Positions 38,700 to 51,000 of a stretch of DNA of 64,000 bases are shown here, piece by piece. The notes under the pieces were generated by a model that worked only from the letters and a program-made list of their open reading frames with translations, ran no database searches and was not told the origin of the DNA. Position 1 is the first letter of the stretch, and each line of letters begins with the position of its first letter. Both the position numbers and the translations under genes were made by a program. This DNA is from Gnetum montanum (lineage: Eukaryota > Plantae > Gnetophyta): the NCBI GenBank assembly GCA_015680685.1, contig MNCI01002465.1:44739-108738 (forward strand), read 5' to 3'.

Positions 38700-40850
38700 G
38701 TTTGGAAAATAACGATGCAACAAGAAATTTAGTGGTGTTTCATCACCATTGGTTTATTCATCAAGAACCTAATTGCATTATGTTCTATGTGCACAAACAC
38801 CTTGTATCTAAGCACATAGTGCCTAAATTTCTCTAAGGCATACACCAATGCCATCAGTTCTTTCTTAGTGGTTATGTAGTTCAAATGTGCACCCACAATG
38901 TTGCTACTTGTATAGTGTATGTAATAGGAATGTTTCTAATTTTCTAGCTATGTGATCATGGCTCTTAACACATAATTGAATGTGTCTATCATAATGTGGA
39001 ATGGTCTAGACCAATTAGGTTCTTAGAGGATTAGTATTTCTATAAGCTTTTGTCAATGTGCTAGAATGCATACTCGCATTCCTTAGTCTAGAAAAGTGGA
39101 GCATCATTCTTTAGTAGCTCCACTAATAGTTTGGAAATTTTAGAGGAATTCTCAATGAAGCATTGATAATAGCCAGTGCGGCCAAAAAATGACCTCACAT
39201 CTTTAACTATCTTAGGTTGTTGGGTTATTCCTTGGATGATCCTTATCTTTTTAGGGTCCACCTCAATTCCTTTCTATCTGTGCCCCAAAACAATGCCCTC
39301 TTGGACCATTAAGTGGCTTTTCTACAAGTTGAGCTTAAGGTTTATCTCCACACATCTTTTCAATACTTGCTCAAGACGGTCTAGGGCTTGCTCAAATATA
39401 GCCCCATAGGTGGAAAAATCATCCATGAAGATTTTCACCTTGCTACTAATTTACTGTTGGAAGTTACTAAGGACAAGGTGTTGGAATGTTGTAGGGGCAT
39501 TGAATAAGCCGAATTGTATGTGAAAGTTCCCTAGGAACTTGTGAATTTGGTTTTGGCCTAATCCTCCAATGCTATCTAGATTTGGTTATAGCCACTATAA
39601 TCATCTAGAAAGCTGTAATAGTAATGCCTAGAAATTATGTCCAACACCTGGTCCACAAATGGCAAGGAAAAATATTCCTTGTATGTTGCCATGTTTAGTA
39701 GCTTGAAATTGATGTAGGCTCTTTATTTCCCACCTTTCTTTGATACTATCATGAGTGGGCTAATCCACTCACTATCTACAATGGAATAAATGTACCCTAC
39801 CTTGAGGAGTTGCTTAATATCCTTTTTGATAATTTTCTTGAGTTTAGAGTTCAATCTCTATTGCAGCTGCCTCTTTGGTTTAATGGAGGAATTTGTGTAG
39901 ATTTGATGCTGAGATATCCTTGGATCAATTTTCATCAACTCTGGATATTACCAAGCAAAGTCTATTGGCCATTTGTTGACCACCTCCAACAGGTTCTTTT
40001 GCTACATAGGGGAAAGATTGACATTAATGATGACTGGCTTCCCATTATTTAGCATATTCCATTCTAGTCAGTAGAGTTTGCAACTCAAGGGGTTCTTGTT
40101 TGAAGCTCCCAGGGATTTCCAACTCTCTCCAGTTGGTTTCATTAGGTTCATTAAAGATTTGGCAATGGACTTGGTTTAGTGTGTCCATGCCCTCAACATA
40201 GACACTTGTTAGGATATTATTTTGTTCCATGCATAATTTTGAATTACTCTATGCTTCACCTATTAGGCATTGGGTGTCCTTCTATTTTGTGGTTGTTGCA
40301 TACAAGAATCATTAAACTTCTATGATATTTGCACACTACCTGCATGCTATGAATGCTGTACTTTTGATGCTCCACAAATTTCTCATGTAGTAACACCTAT
40401 GTCACTGTACACGATGCATGGAATGCACTTCCTTTCTATTTTTCCAAAGTTTGTTTCCTTGGAAATCTATAAGGAAAGGACCCTGATTTCTAGCTATGCA
40501 TCAATTGTACTTAACCATGTCCTTCCCATGATGATAGTGAAGATTCCTTTGCAGGTATTCTCTCTGATCGCTAGGAAGTCAATAGGATATAATCACTTAT
40601 AGATGATAGTCACAATGTCCTCCACCAATCCCAAGGGAATAATGATGGATTGATTTGCTACCTCTAGAAGAATGTTGCTCTTCTTTAGAGGAGGTAGGTT
40701 CTAGGATTTGTACATATTGTATGGGATCAAAGTAATACTAGAACCTAAGTCCAGAAGAGTTTTGCAAGGTTCATTTTTAGTAATTTACAAGTAAAAGAGG
40801 GGAATCCTAGGAATTGATCTCTTCATGGGAAGATGACCAACCTTTATTTA
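38700..40850 (-). pseudogene. gypsy pol remnant (protease, RT, RNase H) of element B
   Basis: KTLLDLGSSITLIP at about 40725-40765, IFMDDFST at about 39410-39433, and NYITTKKELMALVYALEKFRHY at about 38817-38882. Confidence 0.9.
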
Positions 40851-40999
40851 ATCAGTGACTATGTGGGTCAACACTACAATATGCACTTTGGGAGGTGTTT
40901 GGTTCGAAGGGATCTCAAAGGATGTTACCAAGTAGGAAGGAGAAGTAGGGTTAGTAGTTGTGGATGTTTATGAGGGCTTACAGGACTATTGGTTTGGAA

Positions 41000-43400
41000 A
41001 AAGGGTTATTTTCAAGGCTTGGTGTTCAAACCACTTAGCTAAAGAGCTGACTATAGGTTAATAGCCCTTGTGGTGTTTCTCTACTATGGTGGGGCTAGTA
41101 TTTCACATTACATGGATGGAGCTGGTGGCAACTAAGTTGAGGATCAAGGTACAGGTGTAGAAGGATGAGGAGGGTAATAGGGAAATTAGGACTCCCCTCT
41201 TGGAGATTGTGCTCTATAATATTCAGGGGGGTGGTAGTGGTGCTAGAAAGAAGCGTGATTAGAAGAGTCATGTGAAGAAATGGGTTGCTGAACATAGTAC
41301 CCATATGGATCTGGCTAATGGTAAGGGTACTACTACCTTGATGGTGGCATCCCCCATGACTGTGGATGTTGTCACTACTGGTACTTCTTGTGAGGTTGAG
41401 GTGGTGCTTCACTTAGATGGTAGGCTTGTTGGTGAAACTACCTATAGTTGCCTTGAGGATCAGGCAACCTCCTAGGTGTTTGTCATTTTGTCAAATAAGG
41501 ATTCAATGCATACACCTCAAATTCTTACAAGTATGATACAACTAGGTAACATCCCTTAGAATGTTCATATTAGCATATGTCACACCCTTCATCATCTATT
41601 TTAGAATCCACAAGCTTGTCCACTATAGAAACCTTACCCTTACCCTTTTGATGGGAATCTTTATCTTCTTTTTTCTTCCATCATGATCACTACCTTGCTT
41701 TTTGATTTCATCACTAATTCTAAGAGCATTTTGAAACTTTTCATCCAAAGAGTTCCACATGTTGTCAATCTTGGTCGATAATTTAGAAATATATTTTTGT
41801 GTTGGTAAGGCTTTTCATTGAACCACTTCATTAAGTGGTGTATCCTCCTAATTTTCATAAATCCAAACCTTTCTTTTGTAGATGTAAGGGACTTGATTAT
41901 ATTCCTATATGCTTTTTCTTTTTCTTAGCTTACCTTCTTCTTTGGCCACTTACTCGATCAACCTTTGGATTTGATGGAACCTTAGCTTTAAAAGCCCCCC
42001 TTGGGCATAGATCCCAAGAGTTATCCTTGTTTCTATTTAGAGCCCATCTATGATATGGCATAGCTTCTTCCTTTGAGAATAGCCGTGGCCTAGGCATTGA
42101 TGCAATAATGAGTAATATCTGTCCACAATCGCATCCAAGGATTCATGTGTACTTTGCTTCCATCCTTGGATCTACCTTCTTAAGTTAGAAACTTGAGAGT
42201 ACATCTAATACTTGCAATTGAAGAGTTAAAACATTGTACTCCATCATTAGATTAATTCTAGTTCTAGATTTCAGCCTCCTTGATAAGTGTCCTAGGAAAT
42301 AGCTTTAATTTTTTCCATTCGTTCTCAATGTTCTGTAAGGCACATGCATCTTGAAAGGCTTAGAGATGATTTTGGGGATTAGAATTGTATCCCCATTCAA
42401 ACTTAGAAATATTATTCATGTTCAACCATTTAATCCAGCTATCCTTTATGTGCCTTGTTGAAATCCTAATAGCCTCCACAATGTTTAGCATGTTTCTTAT
42501 AGCTAGTAGAGGCTCATCATAGTCATAACATTCCTTGTGGTTCCTGTCATGGTCATGATGTCTATGATGCCCTCTATTGCCCCTTCCTTCTCTATGGGGG
42601 CCTCCCTTAATTGTCCATGCCCTTGGACTCTACTATTCAAGTGGGATTTGTGATCATCTCTATCCCATTGGTCACCTCCATCATGGTCTCTTCTGCTATG
42701 GATTTAGTTAGAGTTAGAGGAGAAAGATGATGAGGATGACAAAGATGAAGAGGAAGGAGACCCAACACTAGAATGGTGCCTATTGCTTCCTCTTCTTTGC
42801 TCCTTGCCACAATTACCATATCTATTGTTATCATGGTGCTTGTCATTTTTCCTACCTTGTCTCCCTTCCTTTGAGGTCCCATGGTCATGGGATCCATTTT
42901 GTCTAGAACCAGGGTTATCTACAATGAAATATAGATGCCAAGTGAGGGCCTCCCCATCAAGGAGAGGAAGAAAGTTAGTGTATTGGAAAGTTCTTGAGAA
43001 GGGGTCTTCCCCTTCCTTTTGGCCTAGTAGGAAGAGGGGGTTTGTAAACCATTTTTCCTTTGATGAGTCATAGAGAGCTTCCATCTACTAATTCTTCTTT
43101 CGTTGTGCCTGTATGGGATGATAATCTTGGTAGGAATGATCTTGCACCTCGTACTTAACATTAAGTATTGTGATGCTCAATCTCATGAGATTATGAAGTA
43201 GCATCGCAGGAACTAATTGATCGAAAGGCAACACGATGTTGTCCCCCATGTCCCTCCATCATAGTTGTTCATCCTAGTGTAAGATGAAGGGGAAATCTAG
43301 AATGTGCTCATCCAAATGTGTATAGACCACTCTACATTGTTGGGGAATGGGTGGCTTTAGGCCTTCTTCCTTGGATTGGAATTTCTTGTGAACAATGGTA
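41000..43400 (-). pseudogene. gypsy gag remnant with N-terminal extension, element B
   Basis: Decayed IENEWKKLKLFPRTL at about 42285-42330. Homologous to the gag regions of A and C. Confidence 0.8.
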
Positions 43401-44418
43401 AAGAATCTTCCTTGTGAGAAGAAGCAATGTTAGTGGTTGGAAAATAGTGTGCTTTTAGTATATTTTGTTATATTAATAATTTTAACTTTAAGTCCTTTAC
43501 AACAACAGTTAGTGATTTCACTAATGTCCTAGATAGCACACATAACTAACTAAAATCCTTGGTAATGGTGCTAATGATGAGTAGCAAGTAGTCTCTACGT
43601 CCAATCATATCAATCACCAGTGTTCACTAAGTGATCTAGTTCAATTTTGTAGACTTTAGCTTTCTACATATACATTGTCCAGGTAGTGAATCTTAAGGAT
43701 GTGATTATTGTCTTCCTAGTTCCACTTATGAGGTATGAAAGTATGGCTAATTGTAATTTACGTACATGATTTTTATAACTTTTATATTTTTATTTATTTA
43801 TCCTAAGCATGAAAATAAAGTAATTAAATGCTTAATTATTCTAGAAACTATTTAATGCCTTAACTATTCCTAACATAAGCATTCGTTCCCACCTGCTGTA
43901 CACATCTTGAACTTATCTTAATGCTATTAGGTTACCAAGCATTAACATATATGCTTGACAAGGTTGTACTCATGTGCATTAATTATCCATATTTAATCAG
44001 TTAATTAATGCATGAAAGTAAATTACATAATAGTAAGGTGCATTAAAGTAAATATTATACTAAGTCCAAGTGCTGCAAAGTTTATTAAAAAATATCATCT
44101 TTATTGTTGTTCATATCGAAGTGTCTAGTACATTAGTGCTTGAATAAAGATCTGTATACCTCTCAACTCCTATTGTGGGCACTTAGAAAATATTCTAACT
44201 CTCTAAAGAATAAACTACAAGAGCTCTACTAGGCTACTAATGAATGAATGTCTTAAATGTAGTAGGTGCAATCATTTATATAAGCAAGACTAGACACTTC
44301 GTTGACACATATGCGTCGACGCATCAAATCATGCATCAACAAGTATGTGTCGATGGGGATGCATTGATGGGTATGCGTCAATGTGATCATGTTAATGCAG
44401 CCAACCAATGATTCATCA

Positions 44419-47400
44419 ATGCTTCTTAAAAATATTCTAGTTGCATTATTAGTTTTGGTTCTATTTCAAGAACCAAAGATGTTTAAATTTGCTTAAATAT
44501 TTTTTGCTTAATTTTTGGTATTTGTAGTATATATGCTTCATGTGATTTCCAAGAAATAGCTCTGCATTGATCTTAACTTAACAATGATCTTCTTGATGCT
44601 GTTTGGTTAGATTATGGAGATTTTAATATGTTAGAAAATGAATTTGATAAAATATAAGGGATACCTTTTTACTTTTGAAAAACATGAATGAAAAGCTTGA
44701 TCTTCTTTTAAGAATAGGTTTGCACTTTTAGATCATAATGTTGTTGGGAATCATAGAGATGTAGTCAAGTTCACTTGGTCTAACTATAGAGTTTGTTTAC
44801 TATGAATATTTTACATATTAGATGAAGCTTATTTTTTTTTTACTTTTCTTAATTTACGCCTTTTGTCTTAGCGCACTTTATTTATTGGAACACATTTGGA
44901 ATGTACTCTTTCAGATCACTTATCTATCAAGTTTTCCATTCAAAGAATAGGCTATGTGAATATTTTCTCTTAGCTTTTGTGCAAAGCCTACCTCAATAGA
45001 TTCCAAAAAAGCCCATTCCACAAATTTCATAAGAAAATTAAGCTAAGACAACAAGAAAAACACAAAGGAATGGAGAAAATCATCCCCTTTAGTTAGGACA
45101 ACTGTTAAAATTTATAGAAATATATCAAGATTTAGGAGCTGGGCTCAACTCATAACTCTCCCAAGGATCTTAGAGGTCACCCATTTTGCTCTTAATCCTT
45201 AATTGCTAATACTTGGAGCATTAGCTCAAGATAAGACACTTATAAGATATTCTTTCAGCCTTTCTTAAGTGCTATCCCTTTTCTGTCACTTAAATGGAGA
45301 CAATGTCCTAGTACAAGCTCTCCTTTACTTGCACTCAAACTCTCTTGCACAAGCTCTCTCCTTGCACAAGCTCTCAAAAGACCTCTCAAATCTCTCACTT
45401 AACTCTCTTGACCAAGCTCAAACCTTGGACACTTATTTATACCTTCTCATATGACCTTTCATCTTTCTAGCATTCAAATTACAAATTAATATCCATTATT
45501 TACCAAAGTAGATGTCTTATGATTAGAGAAGATGTCTTGCCCAAGTATAGATGAGTTGTAGGAGATGTCTAGCATTTAGTATAGATGTCTTGCTTCTAGA
45601 GTAGATGTCTATCTTATAGGGGAGACATCTATCTTGTAGAGGAAAAATCTATACTCTGGGGAAGACATCTATCTTGGTATGGCCAAAAATAAAGATGCTT
45701 ATTTTAAGATCTAGAATATTTGAACACCTCTAAAAAATTTTCCATTGATCCCAAAAACCCATATACTCTTCAAAATAGATACCAGACACTTCCAAACATG
45801 CCAAAACATCTTGGAATCATCACCAACAAGGCCAACATAATAATACACACATCCAAAATGCATTGATGATTAGATAAGGGCTAGGTGATATCCTCATCAT
45901 GCTATTTATTGCTAATACTACTTTTTTATCTCATAAAAATTTCCAGAGGTTTTTTCTTCATGTTTGGGACTTGGTTCTAAAATTAATAAATTCTAATGAC
46001 TTCATTGAATGATGAAAAATACTATCATTCATGCTATGATATTTTAAAGGCATTTTGGTAAATTCTTAGCTAAAATGTTTCGAGTTATTACTCTTGAAAC
46101 TAGTTAAAAACTTCATAAACTTATAGAACATTTATCTCATACCCCTCATGATGAAAGTGTTTACCAGCAACTCATGAGCCTTCAATAATAACAAATGATT
46201 TTTGAAAACCATAAGGATTAATTTTCTTTATTTAAGTATCAACTATCTTGGTTAAAATAAGGGATAAATCTTCAAAATAATTCTTCAAGTTTTTAAAAGA
46301 CCCTGAAATGAATTGTCAAATTGATAAAATTCATGTTAATAGTGAGATTCTCTCTACTTTTATAGATATCTTAAATGCTTTCTTTCATCATTCAGATGTG
46401 TTTACTTTACAATATATTGATAAATAGGCTCTAGATCTTTGTGTATCTATGAATTTCACTTCTTGTTACTTCATCTTAGGAGTGGATGACATGTTAACTA
46501 TGTAGGATTTTAAAGAAGCTTTTTTCTCTATGGCTAATGGTAAATCTCCTAGTCTGAAGGGTTTACTTTATGAGTTTTATAAAGAATTTGAGGATGATAT
46601 TACCATTGATTTTAACTAAAAATTTGAGGGTTTACTTTATGATTTTAACTAAAGAATTTGAGGATGATATTACCATTGAAGGGTAAAAATGTTTTGTTTT
46701 AGCTAGATTTATTTTAGAGTTGTAGAGGCTATGACTTTAGCCATGGATACTAATTAGGATATTGTTTTTCTTAAATTAGATTATACAAAAGCTTATTACA
46801 AGATGGAGTGACCTTTTATATTAGCTATGTTACAAAATTTAGGCTTGGATTCTTATTTTGTCTCTCAAGTTGAAATTTTATTTTTCTCTACTAGTGTTAA
46901 GATATGTATTAATAAGAGCTATTCTTCAATTGTTACTCTTTAAAGATTAGTTAGTCAAGACTATCCTTTTTAGCTTTTTATTATTCCTATTGAAGCTTTT
47001 GGTTATATTTTAAAGCACCATTTTTTTCAAGACGATCAAAAGTTTATCTCTTCATAATGTTTAGTGTTAAATTATTAATACCCACTTGTAGATGATATTT
47101 TTCTATTATTAAGAGCAACTAAAAATAGCTTAAGTATTTCCCTTTATTATGCCCAACTTTATTGTAAAGCCTTTAGTTCTACTATTAATTGGAACAAAAC
47201 TTATGCTATGAGATTTAAGCTTGGAGATATTTCTTTTGAGATTTCTAATTTTCCTTGAAGCTAGGTTCAACCTTCTAAGTTTATAACTTTGCTAGGCATT
47301 CCTTTTTGTCCCTTAGCTTCTACTTGTTATTTTTGGGATAAATTTATTTATAAAGTACATTAGAAAAGGATTAAATTTAATTAGATTTTTTCTCTATTAC

Positions 47401-48005
47401 AACTTCTTGTGTGCCATTAAAATGGAAAAAATTATAAGATAAATTAAATTTAAAGAAAATAGATAAATATCTTCTTTTTAGACTCTTTTTGACATGTTTC
47501 TAAAATATTTTTTGGGATCTTTTTAATTTTCATCTTGTTAATGGGATAATTATGCTTGACCAAATAATGTTAAAATGTTACATTTTTAATTGCAAAAGCT
47601 TAGTTGTGGTTTTCCAGAGAAAATAATTGGATATAAAGGTTTAGGAACTTATGGAAACTAGGGTATTAGCTAAAAGCACAATTTTTGCTTGGTTTTTATT
47701 ATATACAGACCTTCTTATTAGATGTCGATTATGACTTCTTGGTTTTAATAATCCAGTTCGTCCAGTTTGCTTTCATGAAGAGTCTATTAAACATGTTTTT
47801 ATTTATTATTATTTTACTCAACAAGCTTAGCAATATTATTTTTCAATTCTTAGATTTCAAAAATTCTAGAGTTTTTTTTGCCTTATGACATTGTGTAGGG
47901 ATAATAAATAATGATACTTTTGATACTTTTTGAAATATGCTTAGACTTGATGTCATTTTTTACATTTGGAAGTGTAGATGTGATGTAATTTACAATAGAC
48001 ATTCT
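44419..48005 (+). mobile_element. L1-clade LINE copy 2, 3' part (ORF2 endonuclease + RT, decayed)
   Basis: WLDYGDFNM at about 44604, SDHL at about 44911, KSP...G..YEFYKEF at about 46542, LKLDYTKAY at about 46770, LVDDI at about 47085, and FYIWKCRCDVIYN at about 47960. Confidence 0.85.
44956..45899 (-). mobile_element. Solo LTR inserted in L1 ORF2
   Basis: TG...CA termini, flanks GGCTA/TGCTA, TATA on the - strand at about 45435, and an AGAYRTCT motif array at 45510-45670. Confidence 0.8.
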
Positions 48006-48007
48006 AT

Positions 48008-51000
48008 AGTGAACGGATCTTTATTCGTGCAAATTGTACCTGAGCACACATTTGTGTATGGAAATAAAGATGAACTTTCTGATAAACCTTGTAGTGCATG
48101 GACTAAGCTAATTAGGATTTAATTAATGTTAAATGCTTAAATGCTTTCTTAGATAATAAATATCTTGCAACCCTCAACTCCTAGTTAAGTGCATTCAGTA
48201 CTACTGCTTCGAGCACGTGTGCTATACTTGGTAACCCAGTAACGAATAGCGTTTGGTAATCCTAGTAGCGTTGCACTGGTTCAGGGTGTGTACGGTAAGT
48301 GGGAATGAATACTGATGCTAAGATGATTAAAGCTTAGTTAGTGAAAGTTAGTTACTTAGTCTCTTCACCGTTTCCTCTCTTAGCATAGGCGATAAAAAGA
48401 TAAAAGTTATAAAAATCATATACCTCAGACTTACTTAACCATACAACTATGACAATACAAGTAAGTTTGGGAAGACAATGATTGATTAACCTTAAGTGTT
48501 CCATAAGGCGCATAAGAACTTAGTCCTTGGAGTTCGACTAGATCACGTGTGTAACGCTTGTATTCGTATGGTTGAGTGTAGGGGTACCTCGCCACTCATC
48601 ATTGGTGCCGTTGCTGGGGACTTAGTTGTTTGTGTGCTACGTAGAACATAGGAAATCATTTACATCATTGGAATCTAGAATGAACCCTTAGGGTTAATCA
48701 AGAGAAAAAATAACATAATGACAAATAGCACACTGAACAAGACTAAAATGTCTTCTTCTCCACACAAAAGCACTTCACTGCCTAGGACCAACACTAGAGA
48801 TAGTTGGTGGCATAACATACATAACCAAGAACCGTCAGTTCCTCAACAATTCAATGTGGTATATACTCATCATGATGATTATATACCCGACTTTACCTTT
48901 TTCTTCCATCAAGATGAAGAATTGCATAGGAGAGACATGGAGGGTAACATAGTGTTGCCTCCAAACAGAGCCGTCCCCAACATGCTCCTTCGTGCCCTTA
49001 CACAAATTGACATGTCGCAATTATATGCTGAGTACATTACATGCAATTACAATGTAAGGGACTNCAATTATATGCTGAGTACATTACATGCAATTACAAT
49101 GTAAGGGACTACCATCCCACAGAAGTGCAACATCAACGGGACTCGCGACAGGAGAGTTATCACACATCGTTGAAGGGAAAAGGACCCCATAATGCTTCAC
49201 CCATCATAAGAGAAATTAAGGGTGGTGAACCTATTTCAATAGGTTCTCCACAAAATGATGTTCCCGCTCCTAACTATAGTGAGGAGGTGGTGTATCAGAA
49301 CCTTCACTCCATGATTCAAACCCCTAGTTTTGATTCCCACAAACACCAAGTGTTCAATGAGGGAACACAAACACAAGATAAGGGTGAGCATTCTGATTGT
49401 CATCACGATCGAGGTCAAGATCACTGAAGGGAAGGTAGGAAACATCATCATGGCAATGGTTCTCCTTTCTCTTCCCCTTCATCACAACATTCACCCTCTC
49501 CTTCAACATTGGGACATAGTCATAAGGAACCTAACCATGAGGATAAGGGTAAGCAAAATGAGAAACCCGATGAGAGAGTCTAGAGTGAGGAGGAGGGCAC
49601 TCTAGGGAATGAAGGCATGAAAGAAGGGAAAGTAGGGAACCACGTAGACATCACAGACACCATGAAAGAAATGACCATGATGAACCCCTACTTGCAACCT
49701 GAAGCATGTTAGACATTACGGAGGTCGTTAGAATACTTACAAGACACCAAAAAGATAGCCGGATCAAGAGACTAGACATGAATAATATCCCACAATTTGA
49801 GGGGGGAATCAACGCTGATTCGCAGAACCACTTATAGGAATTTCACAATGCCTATGCCTTGAAGAATATTGAGAATGAGTGGAAAAAATTAAAGTTATTC
49901 CCAAGGACACTCATAAAAGAAGTGGAAAGTTGGTATCGGTCCTTAGAACTGGAAACCATTAGGAGGTGGAGTATGATGATAGAACTATTTAATGATAAAT
50001 TTTCAAATGTACTCCCGAGTGTCCAACTTATGAAAACAGATCCAAGGATGGAAGTAGGGAACTCATGAATCCTTGGATGCTACCATGGACCGATATTATG
50101 CATTGCTACATTGTTTCCTAGGCCATGGTTACGCACAATGGGATTAACTACGCCATATCGTAGATGGGCTAAGACATGAAACCAGGAGAACTCTTGGGAC
50201 ATATGCCCAAGGGAAATTATCTAAACTTAGATCTCATGAGGTTCATAGATTATTGGAGCAAGTAGCTAAGGAAGAAGGAGATCTACGTAAGAGAGAAAGC
50301 ACAGAAGAGTATAACTGTGATCCTTCCCTCTGAAAGAGGGGAGTAAGATTCTATGAGGAGGAGGATGAGTCACCACTCGAAGAGTTGGTGAGTAGGAAAA
50401 CCTTGCCACTTTAGAGTTTAACAACAAAAGTGTCGGCTAAGGTAGATCAAATGTGGGACTCCTTAGATAGTAGATTTGAAACCATTTAAAAAATCATAGA
50501 GGAGTCTAAGGAGCGAAGTAGTGACCATGATAAGAAAAAGAAGAGAGATTTGGACCATGCACGTAACAAAGGTAAGGGTAAATTAGCTATCACTGAAGAG
50601 GTTGTGGATTCAGATACAGAAAATGATGGTGGATGTGAGATCTTCCAATATGACCATCCTAAGGGATGTTGCCCAATAATCTCACATCTACAAGAGTCTG
50701 GGGTATATGCACTCAACCCAAGACTTAACAAATGGCAAGCACCCCGTCAATTACCTTATCCCCAAGGTAACCCAAGGTAGTTCCACCAACCGTTAACATA
50801 TTATCCAAGTGGAACTCCACCACAACCTATGGAGAAACACCTGTAGTGGGAATATCCACAGTCATGGAGGATGCCATCACCAAGGCAACAAACCCTTACT
50901 GGCAATCATGTCCATATGGCTACTACGTGCAGTAGCCAATCTCTCCAAGTCACTCTGTTGGTCACATGACCTTACAACATCATTTATACTTTTTCATTTC

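Larger units (their letters stand above)
25966..44418 (-). mobile_element. Athila-like Ty3/gypsy element B (gag, PR, RT, RNase H, env-like; integrase not seen), inserted in L1 copy 2
   Basis: LTRs 25966-26776 and 43575-44418. Decayed tRNA-Asp PBS (TAGCACCATTACCAAGGA on -, about 43556-43573). PPT region 26777-26810. The L1 sequence is continuous across the two flanks, with a decayed TSD GTATT/ATGCT. Confidence 0.9.
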
